The notes under the pieces were generated by a model. It was not told the origin of the DNA and did not search any database. It saw only the letters and a list, made by a program, of their open reading frames with translations. The position numbers and the translations under genes were made by a program. Source: an uncultured bacterium (GTDB taxonomy: Bacteria > Spirochaetota > B62-G9 > DRHN01). Taken from it: a DNA stretch of 64,000 nucleotides. The first letter of the stretch is position 1. Every line of letters starts with the position of its first letter. Location: contig CBFDDP010000001.1 in the NCBI GenBank assembly GCA_965603595.1, positions 17,751 through 81,750 of the forward strand. The letters are read 5' to 3'. This document shows positions 1-10,062 of the stretch, piece after piece.

Positions 1-563
1 TCCATGGTGCTGAACTTCACATCAGGAAGAAATATCTTCATACCCGGGCTCAGTTCATTGGAGCGAAGGTTGTTTACCTCCATGATGAAATCGGGCGCCA
101 CCTTGTACTTCGTTGAAAACTGGAAAATAGTATCGCCGTCCTGTACATTGACGAATATGCCCCTGATATTGGGAATGAGTATGACATCTCCCTCGTGTAT
201 GGCATGAACGTTGGTAAAAACATTGCAGCTGATAATACTGTCAGGGTCGACATCATACTTTCTTGCGATGTTCCAGATCGTATCCCCTTTCTCGATCGTG
301 TACTCGATGAGCCGGAGCCTGGGAACATAGTCCTCGATACCGCCCCGGCCGTTTTCCCTGAAGTCGCCGGCGGAAAGACGTACCGGTGCATCGGTCTGCC
401 AGGCAAAGTCTCCGTAAAAGGGAATGTCCTCTTTCGATGCAGCAAAGGGTGCCGGCACAAGTGCAAGTACCACCACGATACTGCAGGACAGGGCGCACAA
501 CTTCAGCGCATGCTGAAGTGGAATGAAATCAAAAGCTGTTATATGTTCCTTGAGCAGATGCAT
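1..563 (-). CDS. LysM-domain secreted protein, 3' end truncated by window edge. Not in the ORF track (no long Met-initiated ORF in that frame).
   Basis: Manual minus-strand translation gives a signal peptide (MHLLKEHITAFDFIPLQHALKLCALSCSIVVVLALVPAPFAASKE) followed by two LysM-like repeats (YTIEKGDTIWNIARKYDVDPDSIISCNV and VNVQDGDTIFQFSTKYKVAPDFIMEVNNL). It sits in tandem with the next LysM gene. Confidence 0.55.
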   Translation of the reverse strand, partial: MHLLKEHITAFDFIPLQHALKLCALSCSIVVVLALVPAPFAASKEDIPFYGDFAWQTDAPVRLSAGDFRENGRGGIEDYVPRLRLIEYTIEKGDTIWNIARKYDVDPDSIISCNVFTNVHAIHEGDVILIPNIRGIFVNVQDGDTIFQFSTKYKVAPDFIMEVNNLRSNELSPGMKIFLPDVKFSTM

Positions 564-768
564 ACATCTTCTCAAGCGTATGAAGCGAAGACGATACCTC
601 ACCTTGAGGGTCAGAAGCTTTATTGAAATGCTCAATCTCAATTGGCCTGGCTTTTTCATGGAACAGATCTCTCGGTAATGCCGTCAGTGATGATCAACCG
701 TCAGCGGTCAACCCCTATTATAGATACTTTGGATTTTTATACAAGTTTTTTACAAAACCTGCCCGGCT

Positions 769-1917
769 CTACCGGTGAAGCAGTTTCAGGGGATCGATGA
801 TCCTTCTGTAACGGTGAATTTCAAAATGAAGATGTGGGCCGGTCGAGCGCCCGGTATTCCCCACGGTCCCAATCTTATCCCCCTGCCTCACAACCTGCCC
901 CTTTTTGACCAGCATCTTATCCAGGTGTCCGTAAACCGTGGAATATCCCTGCTGATGAGAGAGTATCACCGTTTTACCATAGTGGCCCTTGTACCCGCTA
1001 AAGATGACTTTACCCGACTGCGAAGCATGTACAGGCGTCCCGATTCGATTGGCTATATCGATGCCCGCATGGTAGGCCCTTCGCTTCGTAAAAGGATCGA
1101 TGCGAAAACCCATTCTTGACGTCAGTCTCCCTCTTACAGGATATTTGAACAGCGTCCCGAGCGCTTCAGCGCGCTCCCACGCCGATAGAGCTGCACCCGG
1201 GATAAACAGTTTCTGTCCCACGTATATAACGGAGGATTCGAGCTCATTGACATCCACGAGCTTATTCATATCCACCCTGTACCTGGTAGTAATCGATGAA
1301 AGAGAATCCCCCTTCCGAACACTGTAATAGACTCCGTTCATGTTCGGTATTTTGAGGACGGTGCCGATACGCAGGATTGATGCATCCCTCATATTATTTA
1401 CAGAGAGGATTGCGTCGATGGAAATGTTGAACCTCTTGGCAATACTGAAGAGAGATTCCCCTTTCTTCACCACATAGGTTTTCATCCTCAGGGTCGGAAC
1501 GGTATATTCCCCCATGATTGCTTCAGGATCTCCCCCTTCGCTCCCGCCCATGAACTCCTCAATAACGAATAGATCGTAAAGGAGGTTTCCCTCCCCGATG
1601 AGCGCCCTGTGTCTCTCCCAAACATAGGACTTGAAGGCAACAGAAAGGGGCACGGCAGAAAGAATAATGGTGAATACCAGTAGAGCGATAATAAGGCTGC
1701 TCTTCTTTAGTTTGAAAATTTCATTAAATAGGGTAAAATTATGATGAGGTAAGGGTGAGTAACCCGGATTTTTCCTCATTCTCTTTCGCTGCAGAATCTT
1801 TTGATTATGTAGCGCCCGGGAGGAGGAATACGCGACCCTGTGGGTCCGGTGATATCTGTGAGAGGTATTCGTATTCTGATCAGCAAGACTTTTCACAGCC
1901 ATTGATCTGTTTCCCAT
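769..1917 (-). CDS. M23 family metallopeptidase with two LysM domains (peptidoglycan hydrolase)
   Basis: LysM repeats (YTVKKGESLFSIAKRFNISIDAILSVNNM and YSVRKGDSLSSITTRYRVDMNKLVDVNEL). M23 LytM motifs HAGIDIA ... HLHFEI. N-terminal membrane anchor. Confidence 0.85.
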   Translation of the reverse strand: MGNRSMAVKSLADQNTNTSHRYHRTHRVAYSSSRALHNQKILQRKRMRKNPGYSPLPHHNFTLFNEIFKLKKSSLIIALLVFTIILSAVPLSVAFKSYVWERHRALIGEGNLLYDLFVIEEFMGGSEGGDPEAIMGEYTVPTLRMKTYVVKKGESLFSIAKRFNISIDAILSVNNMRDASILRIGTVLKIPNMNGVYYSVRKGDSLSSITTRYRVDMNKLVDVNELESSVIYVGQKLFIPGAALSAWERAEALGTLFKYPVRGRLTSRMGFRIDPFTKRRAYHAGIDIANRIGTPVHASQSGKVIFSGYKGHYGKTVILSHQQGYSTVYGHLDKMLVKKGQVVRQGDKIGTVGNTGRSTGPHLHFEIHRYRRIIDPLKLLHR

Positions 1918-1984
1918 ACAACCTATTTTTCGACAGAAACAAAGGTCTTATGTAGTGTTTTTAATGTGAGGACAAGAGAGCGGG

Positions 1985-3709
1985 ATGGGCGAAAATATTG
2001 ACAAGCTGAGAGAAAAAACTGGTATCGATAAACTCGATCCAGATCAGAGGAAAAAGCTCTTCAGGGATTTCGTCGATCATGGCGGAGAAATCGTCACGGA
2101 GGAAAAACGAAAGGTGGCCTTGGGGTCCGCCAAAACCCCAATCGAGCGAAAACCTTCCGACAGGGGGGAGGAGAGGGAAAGACAGAGGCCGTCGACCGGA
2201 AAAACAACAGACAAGGTTACCCCGGGAACAGCTTCACGTACCATGGCTAAAAAAACGCTATGGGAAAAGAGGCCCAAGAAGAAAAACAGCCTTAAAATCT
2301 ATGTACATGGCATGCTGCTGCGGGTATTTGCCCTGAACGGCAACAAGTTCAGAGATAAATTTCTCGATGATTTCAGGGACACGGTTAAAAACCACCTTAT
2401 GAACCTCCACCTCCTCGTGAAATCATTTCTCAAGGGCTCGTCATCAATAAAAAAAACGATCATGACCCTTTCAACGGGCGAAAACAGCCTGTTCTACGAG
2501 ATCCTCTACAGGATGTCCATACTCTATGACGAACAGGAGTTCGAGGCGATCAGCAAGTCATTTTCCAACAAAACCATACCCAGCGGTCCCTACGTCGATA
2601 TCTACAAGCAATTTTTCAAGAAACTGTATATCCTTGGCCAGTACACCGATTTGTGTAAATTCTTCATTCAAAAATCGGTGGACCTGCAGCTCCAGGGAAA
2701 GAAAGTCGAAAAGCGCCTCGCGGGCCAGATGAAACCAAAGCTCAAAGCCGCTGTAAATGCGGTATTCATTGACTATCTTCCCCGATTGCACATCATTCTC
2801 TGTCAAATGGCCCGTGTCTATCTCCCACTCTACTCCCAGCAGCTCGACGATTATCTCAACTTTACCGAGCAGGACCGAATCGGTTACATAACCCGAATCG
2901 AGAAGAAGAAACGAATCGAAGAGCTGAGACGCATGAAGGAGTATATGAAACGAAAGCAGATGGAAGGACACGAGGAGGAGAAGGAGGAAGTGAAAGTTCC
3001 ACGACATGTGGAGCGGGGTTTTCGCTTAATCGATGAAGCAATCGATCGATTCGAAAAAAACTACACTGATGACGACGAGAAAAAAGTATACAGCCTCATG
3101 GAAAAAGACGACAAGCTCTACAGGACCGCGCTTCTCCTCGAGAGTTTCGACAAGGAATACTCTTTCATATTAACGACCGGCAAGATCTCCTTCAATATCG
3201 ATTATCAGGAGCAGAGGAAAATAGATGTCAAGGAAGAGCTGAATCATGCCTATCTCCTTCTCAGCGAAGCACGCCACGAGGTGAAGGACTACCTGGAAAC
3301 GATGGAGGAGGTTCACAAAACCGAACGCAATATACGGCTGACTATCCATCAGAAGTCTGAAATGCTCAGCACCCTTCAAAAAAAGAGGTCGGTACTCAGT
3401 AAAAACTCACGGAATAAAGTAGCAGAGACAATGGATGCCACTCATGACATCCTTTCAACAGTCATAAATGACTATAAGGGCCAACGTCGGCTTTTACAGA
3501 ACCCCGACGATCACCTTGACTTCACGAAAGACCTCGATTCAGCGAAGAAACTGCACGGCAGGAAAATCATTGAAGCAATTGTTGAGGCATTTCTCTTCTC
3601 ATCCGCCTTTCACTTCCTTCTCACCTACGGAGAGCTTGCAGGCAGCGGTCTCAACATCGAAGCCCAGCCCTCCGGTCAGGAGGATGATGTCCCTCAGACG
3701 CAAACCTGA
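1985..3709 (+). CDS. hypothetical protein, highly charged (K/E/R-rich), predicted coiled-coil, no TM segment
   Basis: Long ORF in a gap otherwise free of alternatives. No recognisable catalytic motif. Confidence 0.5.
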   Translation: MGENIDKLREKTGIDKLDPDQRKKLFRDFVDHGGEIVTEEKRKVALGSAKTPIERKPSDRGEERERQRPSTGKTTDKVTPGTASRTMAKKTLWEKRPKKKNSLKIYVHGMLLRVFALNGNKFRDKFLDDFRDTVKNHLMNLHLLVKSFLKGSSSIKKTIMTLSTGENSLFYEILYRMSILYDEQEFEAISKSFSNKTIPSGPYVDIYKQFFKKLYILGQYTDLCKFFIQKSVDLQLQGKKVEKRLAGQMKPKLKAAVNAVFIDYLPRLHIILCQMARVYLPLYSQQLDDYLNFTEQDRIGYITRIEKKKRIEELRRMKEYMKRKQMEGHEEEKEEVKVPRHVERGFRLIDEAIDRFEKNYTDDDEKKVYSLMEKDDKLYRTALLLESFDKEYSFILTTGKISFNIDYQEQRKIDVKEELNHAYLLLSEARHEVKDYLETMEEVHKTERNIRLTIHQKSEMLSTLQKKRSVLSKNSRNKVAETMDATHDILSTVINDYKGQRRLLQNPDDHLDFTKDLDSAKKLHGRKIIEAIVEAFLFSSAFHFLLTYGELAGSGLNIEAQPSGQEDDVPQTQT

Positions 3710-3807
3710 CCGAAAAACTGTTTTAACTTTTCAGCATTCATGGCTAAATTCGGTACACCGCCTGATAGGGAGTAAACCAAGCTGCATGAACGAGCGGAGA
3801 ACTATAG

Positions 3808-4896
3808 ATGAATAACAGCCGTGGTTTCGCCAGTGACAACAATTCGGGGATACACCCCGATGTTCTGCAAGCGATCACAGGCGCCAATAGAGGCCACTGC
3901 AGGGGATATGGGGATGATCCATACACCGCGGAGGCATTGAAGACATTCAAGGCAGTGTTTGGTGAAGATGTGGTGGTGTTTTTCGTGTGCACGGGCACGG
4001 GGGCCAATGTGCTCGGTTTGCGTGCGGCTGCTCAGTCATACCATGCAATCATCTGTGCTCAGTCTTCTCATCTTCACACCGATGAGTGCGGTGCACCTGA
4101 AAACTATGCAGGCTGCAAGGTAATAACCCTTCCCAGCGATGATGGAAAGATTGCCCCCCGACAGATAGAACCTCTACTCGAAAGCCGCGGAGATGAACAT
4201 CACTCCCAGCCCAAATTCATCTCTATCTCGCAACCCACGGAGTTCGGAACATTGTACACCGTCGAGGAAATCACCAATCTTGCGGATTTTGCGCATGCCA
4301 ACGACCTGATGCTCCATATGGACGGTGCTCGGTTGAGCAACGCTGCAGTGAGCCTGGGCTGCAGTCTGCGTGCAGTTTCAGGAGATGCGGGAGTTGATAT
4401 ACTCTCATTTGGCGGAACTAAAAACGGAATGATGATCGGTGAGGCGGTCGTGTTCTTTGACCCGGAAGTTGCCAATCATTTCAAGTACATCCGAAAACAG
4501 GGCATGCATCTGGTATCGAAGATGCGCTTCTTATCTGCCCAATTTACAGCCTATTTCAAGAATGACCTCTGGCTTCACAACGCCCGTCATGCAAACAGAA
4601 TGGCAGCACTGCTTGCACAGGAACTTGAAAATGTGCCCCAGTGCCGTATAACGCAGAAGGTCCATACGAACGCGGTATTCGTGGCTATGCCGTCAGAAAT
4701 TGTTGCAGAGCTGCAGAACCGCTGCTTCTTCTCTGTATACGACAGCACTAATACCGTTACCCGCCTCATGACCTCCTTTGACACCACAGAAGATGACATA
4801 CACGGTTTCATTTCTGACTTGCAGGAACTCCTCTCGAAAAGCAGTGTAGCAGATAAAAAAATAGCTAAAGGGAAGCACCATGAGCCCACCCAGTAA
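3808..4896 (+). CDS. ltaE: low-specificity L-threonine aldolase (PLP-dependent, beta-eliminating lyase fold)
   Basis: N-terminal [17 protein letters not shown] and the conserved [11 protein letters not shown]-lysine region typical of threonine aldolases. Confidence 0.75.
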   Translation: MNNSRGFASDNNSGIHPDVLQAITGANRGHCRGYGDDPYTAEALKTFKAVFGEDVVVFFVCTGTGANVLGLRAAAQSYHAIICAQSSHLHTDECGAPENYAGCKVITLPSDDGKIAPRQIEPLLESRGDEHHSQPKFISISQPTEFGTLYTVEEITNLADFAHANDLMLHMDGARLSNAAVSLGCSLRAVSGDAGVDILSFGGTKNGMMIGEAVVFFDPEVANHFKYIRKQGMHLVSKMRFLSAQFTAYFKNDLWLHNARHANRMAALLAQELENVPQCRITQKVHTNAVFVAMPSEIVAELQNRCFFSVYDSTNTVTRLMTSFDTTEDDIHGFISDLQELLSKSSVADKKIAKGKHHEPTQ

Positions 4897-6436
4897 TAGG
4901 CCTGACATACGGCAGGAGATAAATGAACTTTCTCTCCTGTTCGAGATCAGCCAGATACTTGAATCCAATATGGACCTCAGGGATGTGGTGGTGCCGGTTC
5001 TCAGGACAATATCGAACTATACAGGTACAGCCAGGGGTGTCATTACCCTGCTGAATCGTAAAACAGGCGAAATTTCTATCGAAGAGGCCGTGGGACTCTC
5101 CACCCATCAGCAGAAAAGGGGCCGGTACAGGCTCGGTGAGGGTATAACCGGAAAGGTTGTTCAATCCGGGCGTCCTGCAATTATTCCCCGCATATCGGAC
5201 GAGCCTCTGTTTCTTGACAAGACAAGAGCGAGGGAGAACATCGACTGGGAGGATGTATCATTTCTCTGTGTGCCCATCAAGATCGGCAACGAGGTAATCG
5301 GCACGCTGAGTGTGGACCGCCTCTTTAGCGATGCGGCGTCGCTCAACGAGGATGTGCGTCTCTTCTCGGTCATCGCCTCCATGATTTCACAGGCTGTGAA
5401 GATCAGACAGGAGGCACAGGAGGAACGTCAGAAGCTTCTGGAGGAGAATATACGACTGCAGGAGGAGCTGAAACACCGCTACCATCCCGCGAATATCATC
5501 GGCAACTCCAACGAGATGCAGGAAGTGTACGACCTCATACGACAGGTCGCTGACAGCGATACAACCGTCCTTCTCAGGGGGGAGAGCGGCACGGGTAAAG
5601 AGTTGGTTGCCCACGCCATCCATTACGCAAGCTCCAGGTCGCACAAGCCTCTTATCAAGGTCAATTGTGCCGCCCTGCCGGAAACAATTATCGAGAGTGA
5701 GCTCTTCGGTCACGAAAAGGGAGCATTCACAGGTGCACTCCATCAAAGGAAGGGGCGATTCGAGATCGCCCACGGCGGGACACTCTTCCTCGATGAGATC
5801 GGCGACCTGAGCATGATGACACAGATCAAGCTGCTTCGTGTACTGCAGGAAAGGGAGTTTGAACGGGTCGGCGGCGTGGAGACCATCAAAACGGACGTAC
5901 GTATCATTGCAGCAACCAATAGAAACCTCGAAGAGCTTATTGCCAAGAACCATTACCGGGAAGACCTCTACTACCGCCTGAACGTGTTTCCCATGCACAT
6001 ACCTCCCCTCAGAGAGAGGAAGACTGACATCCTGTTGCTCGCAGATTACTTTATTGAAAAGTACAGCAGGGCAGCGGGGAAAAACATTCGAAGGATCTCC
6101 ACGCCTGCCATTGATATGCTCATGGCCTATCATTGGCCGGGGAATGTCCGTGAGCTGGAGAACTGTATCGAGCGGGCTGTTGTTATGAGTAATGATGATG
6201 TCATTCACGGGCATCACCTTCCGCCTACTCTGCAAACTGCGGAGGCGAGCGGTACGACCATTAGGGGAACATTCGACGAGGCCCTTGAGAGTATCGAACG
6301 GGAACTGCTCATCGAGGCATTGAAATCTTCCCGGGGCAACATGGCAAAAGCGGCGCGGTCCCTCAATATCTCAGAACGCAGAATGGGCCTCAGAATCAAT
6401 AAATACGGTATTGATCCCAAGAGGTTTCATACATAA
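4880..6436 (+). CDS. sigma-54-dependent transcriptional activator with N-terminal GAF domain and C-terminal Fis-type HTH (NifA/NtrC-like, no receiver domain)
   Basis: AAA+ sigma-54 interaction motifs [15 protein letters not shown] and GAFTGA. GAF-like N-terminus. C-terminal [29 protein letters not shown]. Sits immediately upstream of glnB-amt-glnA. Confidence 0.85.
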   Translation: MSPPSNRPDIRQEINELSLLFEISQILESNMDLRDVVVPVLRTISNYTGTARGVITLLNRKTGEISIEEAVGLSTHQQKRGRYRLGEGITGKVVQSGRPAIIPRISDEPLFLDKTRARENIDWEDVSFLCVPIKIGNEVIGTLSVDRLFSDAASLNEDVRLFSVIASMISQAVKIRQEAQEERQKLLEENIRLQEELKHRYHPANIIGNSNEMQEVYDLIRQVADSDTTVLLRGESGTGKELVAHAIHYASSRSHKPLIKVNCAALPETIIESELFGHEKGAFTGALHQRKGRFEIAHGGTLFLDEIGDLSMMTQIKLLRVLQEREFERVGGVETIKTDVRIIAATNRNLEELIAKNHYREDLYYRLNVFPMHIPPLRERKTDILLLADYFIEKYSRAAGKNIRRISTPAIDMLMAYHWPGNVRELENCIERAVVMSNDDVIHGHHLPPTLQTAEASGTTIRGTFDEALESIERELLIEALKSSRGNMAKAARSLNISERRMGLRINKYGIDPKRFHT

Positions 6437-6465
6437 ATGGTTCAGTGAACGTTTTATCCTACATA

Positions 6466-6506
6466 TATGTAGTCTTAAATCGTATATTCCTACATAAATG
6501 TAGCCC
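6466..6506. promoter_or_regulatory. pair of 14-bp palindromes (CTACATATATGTAG and CTACATAAATGTAG, centres ~25 bp apart): candidate upstream activator site
   Basis: Read directly in the intergenic region, about 80-120 bp upstream of the sigma-54 promoter. Confidence 0.4.
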
Positions 6507-6586
6507 TTCCTTGTCTGTAAAACTGTTCTCTCATGATTCATCTCTCTAACTCCTTATATATCATTAATTAAATTCTGTTTTATAAA

Positions 6587-6601
6587 TGGCACGGCACTTG
6601 C
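6587..6601 (+). promoter_or_regulatory. sigma-54 (-24/-12) promoter TGGCAC-N5-TTGC
   Basis: TGGCACggcacTTGCt matches the consensus TGGCAC-N5-TTGCA/T. It lies ~110 bp upstream of the glnB start and downstream of the palindromes. Confidence 0.6.
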
Positions 6602-6709
6602 TTAAATATTCGCTATGAATAGGTATTTCGGTGAGCATGGCATCGAAGTTCGCGGCAATTTTCTGATGATCAGAAATACGTAAGCCAATATTACCAAGGA
6701 GCCGAAACC

Positions 6710-7051
6710 GTGAAACTTATTACTGCATATATACAACCCCATAAACTGAACGATGTGAAGCAGGAACTATACAAGCAAGAGGTCTACAAGATCTCTGTTA
6801 CCAATGCACTCGGCTGTGGACAGCAAAAAGGCTACCACGAATCCTATAGGGGCGTCGACATTGAAGTGAATCTCCTGAAGAAGATCAGACTCGAGATAGC
6901 GGTCAACGAAAACTTCGTGCAGCGCACGATCGATGCCATCATACATGGTGCACACACGGGTGAAATCGGTAACGGCAAAATTTTCGTCACAGACCTTGTC
7001 GAGTGTGTCCGGATAAGAAGCGGTGAAACGGGGAATGTTGCCATTGGATAG
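6710..7051 (+). CDS. glnB: nitrogen regulatory protein P-II
   Basis: 113 aa, typical P-II sequence throughout ([19 protein letters not shown] ... GKIFVTDL). GTG start. Confidence 0.9.
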   Translation: MKLITAYIQPHKLNDVKQELYKQEVYKISVTNALGCGQQKGYHESYRGVDIEVNLLKKIRLEIAVNENFVQRTIDAIIHGAHTGEIGNGKIFVTDLVECVRIRSGETGNVAIG

Positions 7052-7189
7052 ATTACACCATGTCCGATTTTCTCACCCCAAAGTTTTACCTGTGACCGTA
7101 AAGGGTGTGGTTTTGAAATAAGTATTACTCTGTGTTCATTTCCTTTATAGAGAACAAAACCAGTAATCGGGGAGAGAAGATGAGAGGAA

Positions 7190-8529
7190 AAGCCTTCATC
7201 AGAAAAGTAGTATTAATGGCAACCAGTTCACTCGCCGTGATTTTACTGATCTGCCCGTGGGCACTGGCTGAGTCCACCGTGGAATTTACGGTGACAAGGG
7301 GGCTTGACACCGTCTGGGTCCTCTTTGCCGCAGTACTGGTTTTCTTCATGCAGGCGGGCTTCGGGATGGTGGAGGCCGGCTTCATCAGGGCAAAGAATGC
7401 ATGCAACATTCTCACAAAGAATTTTCTCGACTTCTGCATGGCATCATTCGGATTTTTTCTGTTTGGCTATGCAATCATGTTCGGTTCGGGCAACGGATTC
7501 ATCGGCCTGACGGGATGGTTCATGTATGGAGCTGAATCGGGTGCAGATATCCCCCTATTCGCATTCTGGCTTTTTCAAGCCGCATTCTGCGGTGCAGCAG
7601 CAACTATCGTTGCAGGCGGTATGGCCGAGAGGATGAAGTTTCCAGCCTATCTGGTCTACTCCTTCGTAATCTCGGCGTTTATCTACCCCATCGTCGGACA
7701 CTGGATCTGGGGAGGCGGATGGCTTGCGCAGCTCGGTTTTACCGATTTCGCCGGTTCAACAGTTGTACATTCGGTCGGCGGATTCGCGGCTCTTATCGGG
7801 ACTATACTCCTGAAACCCCGCATCGGCAAGTACGGTCCCGATGGAAAGGCAAACGCAATCACCGGTCACAACATTCCCATAGCATCGCTGGGTGTGTTCA
7901 TACTCTGGTTTGGCTGGTTCGGATTCAACGCAGGTTCGACCCTCAGCGTGGGAAACGGTGATCTCATTGCCCGTATTGCCATCAACACCAATCTAGCCGC
8001 TGCCCTCGGCGGTATCTTCGCTATGATCACTGTTTGGACTATGTTCGGTAAGCCCGACCTCTCAATGGCCATGAACGGGGCTCTGGCCGGACTTGTCGGC
8101 ATTACTGCACCCTGCGCCTTTGTGGACCCCTGGGCAGCCCTCGTTATTGGAGCCGTTTCAGGGGTCCTGGTGGTTTTCGGCGTCCTGCTGCTCGACAGGC
8201 TCCATATCGATGATCCTGTGGGCGCAGTCCCGGTACATGGATTTAATGGGATTTGGGGGACCATTGCGGTCGGACTCTTCGGCAGGGAAGCTCTCGGTCT
8301 TGCCCATAACGGCCTGTTCTACGGAGGAGGTGTTACACAACTCGGCACACAGGCGCTGGGAGTCATGATAGTGGTGTTATTCATGCTCGCTGCAATGGGC
8401 ATCGTGTTCAAACTCATCGATGTGACGATCGGCCTCAGGGTCAGCCGTGATGAAGAGCTCAGGGGACTCGACATCGGCGAGCACGGTATGGAATCCTATA
8501 CCGGATTTCAGATTTTTGCTACCAAATAA
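7190..8529 (+). CDS. amt: ammonium transporter Amt. The ORF-track start 7132 is GTG; the ATG at 7190 (MRGKAF, preceded by GGGGAGAG) is the more likely start.
   Basis: Signal-like N-terminus and Amt family motifs (DTVWVLFAAVLVFFMQAGFGMVEAGFIRAKN; DFAGSTVVH). Multiple TM segments. Confidence 0.88.
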
Positions 8530-8571
8530 ACAATCAGCATATTACCTTACAATATCTTTGGAGGTGTGACA

Positions 8572-9906
8572 ATGGCGCAGAAAGACATTGATTATGTCAT
8601 GAAAATGGTGAAGGAAAAGGAAGTGAAGTTCATACGCCTCTGGTTTACCGACGTACTCGGATTTCTTAAAAGTTTTGCAATAACTCAGGACGAGTTTGAA
8701 GGAGCCCTGCACGAGGGGATGGGTTTCGATGGTTCATCCATTGAGGGGTATGCACGGATCGAAGAGAGCGACATGATGGCAATGCCCGATCCCTCGACAT
8801 TTACCATCCTCCCCTTCTCAGGTGGTGAGGACACGGTGGTTGCACGGATGTTCTGTGACATTCAGGAACCGGACGGAAAACCCTACTGTGGCGATCCAAG
8901 GTACGCACTGCGGCAGAACCTGGCAAAGGCCAAGGAGATGGGCTACACCTTGTATGTGGGGCCGGAGCTCGAATTCTTCTACTTTGCCGATTCGACCCCA
9001 GCCACTAAAACCCTGGATGCAGGCGGCTACTTCGACCTGACACCCCTCGACGTGGCAAGCAACCTCAGAAGGGACACTATCCTTTCCCTGCAGAAAATGG
9101 AGATTCCGGTCGAATTCAGTCATCATGAGGTGGCCCCCTCACAGCACGAGATCGATCTCAGGTATGCAGAGGCGCTGCATATGGCAGATTCGGCAATGAC
9201 CTACCGCCTCACGGTTAAGGAAATTGCCATGAAACACGGAGTGTATGCTTCGTTTATGCCCAAGCCGCTCTTCGCACAGAACGGCTCAGGCATGCACACC
9301 CATCAGTCGCTGTTCGAGGGCAGCAAGAACGCGTTCTTTGATGCCAACGACGAGTATCATCTGTCGAAGATCGCAAAATCCTATATCGCCGGTCTTCTCA
9401 CACATGCGAGAGAGATCTGTCTCGTGGTTGCACAGTGGGTGAACTCTTACAAACGCCTTGTCCCCGGTTACGAAGCTCCCGTGTACGTCTCCTGGGCACG
9501 ACGAAACCGCTCCGCCCTCGTCAGGGTTCCCATGTACAAGGTCGGTAAGGAGAAGGCGACGAGAGCCGAGTTCCGCTGCCCTGACCCGGCATGCAACCCC
9601 TATCTCGCATTCTCCGTGATGCTTGCCGCAGGCCTGAAGGGAATAAGGGAAGGGTATGAGCTTCCGGAACCGGTTGAGGAGGACATATTCCACATGACAG
9701 AAGTTGAGAGGCAGAAGAGAGGGATCATCTCCCTTCCCGGAAGCCTCGGTGAGGCAATCGCTGAGACTGAAAAAAGCGATCTGGTTCGTGAATCTCTCGG
9801 TGACCACATATTCGAAAAGTTTATCGACAACAAGAAGATTGAGTGGGACAATTACCGTGTGCATGTGAGCCAGTTCGAGCTCGAGAAGTACCTACCCATT
9901 CTGTAA
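8572..9906 (+). CDS. glnA: glutamine synthetase, type I (short GSI-alpha-like, ~444 aa). The ATG at 8572 is 7 nt after GGAGG; the ORF-track GTG start is at 8566.
   Basis: GS beta-grasp and catalytic regions (FTDVLGFLKSF; GPELEFFYF; NGSGMHTHQSLF). Last gene of the glnB-amt-glnA operon. Confidence 0.88.
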   Translation: MAQKDIDYVMKMVKEKEVKFIRLWFTDVLGFLKSFAITQDEFEGALHEGMGFDGSSIEGYARIEESDMMAMPDPSTFTILPFSGGEDTVVARMFCDIQEPDGKPYCGDPRYALRQNLAKAKEMGYTLYVGPELEFFYFADSTPATKTLDAGGYFDLTPLDVASNLRRDTILSLQKMEIPVEFSHHEVAPSQHEIDLRYAEALHMADSAMTYRLTVKEIAMKHGVYASFMPKPLFAQNGSGMHTHQSLFEGSKNAFFDANDEYHLSKIAKSYIAGLLTHAREICLVVAQWVNSYKRLVPGYEAPVYVSWARRNRSALVRVPMYKVGKEKATRAEFRCPDPACNPYLAFSVMLAAGLKGIREGYELPEPVEEDIFHMTEVERQKRGIISLPGSLGEAIAETEKSDLVRESLGDHIFEKFIDNKKIEWDNYRVHVSQFELEKYLPIL

Positions 9907-10062
9907 GGGAGTTTATGCAATTTATGTTGGAGTGAGGAGGGTCCGGATCGTACCGAAGCGCCGGCAATGACAGCAGCGGCCCGCCTTCCACGTACATTAT
10001 GAGAGATCAGGTGCACAAGTTTTTTAGAAAATGAAATTGATGCGTGTACAGGAATAATACTC

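Noticed and set aside
195-626. 143-aa plus-strand ORF (and 74..466 / 253..498 minus-strand ORFs) at the window start
   Set aside because: They overlap, in other frames, the clearly LysM-encoding minus-strand frame, which has a signal peptide and domain repeats. They have no RBS or motifs and odd composition, so they are treated as frame artefacts.
5387-6235. 282-aa minus-strand ORF inside the sigma-54 activator gene
   Set aside because: Antisense to a gene with unmistakable AAA+ motifs. High-GC genes commonly generate long antisense ORFs. No motif support.
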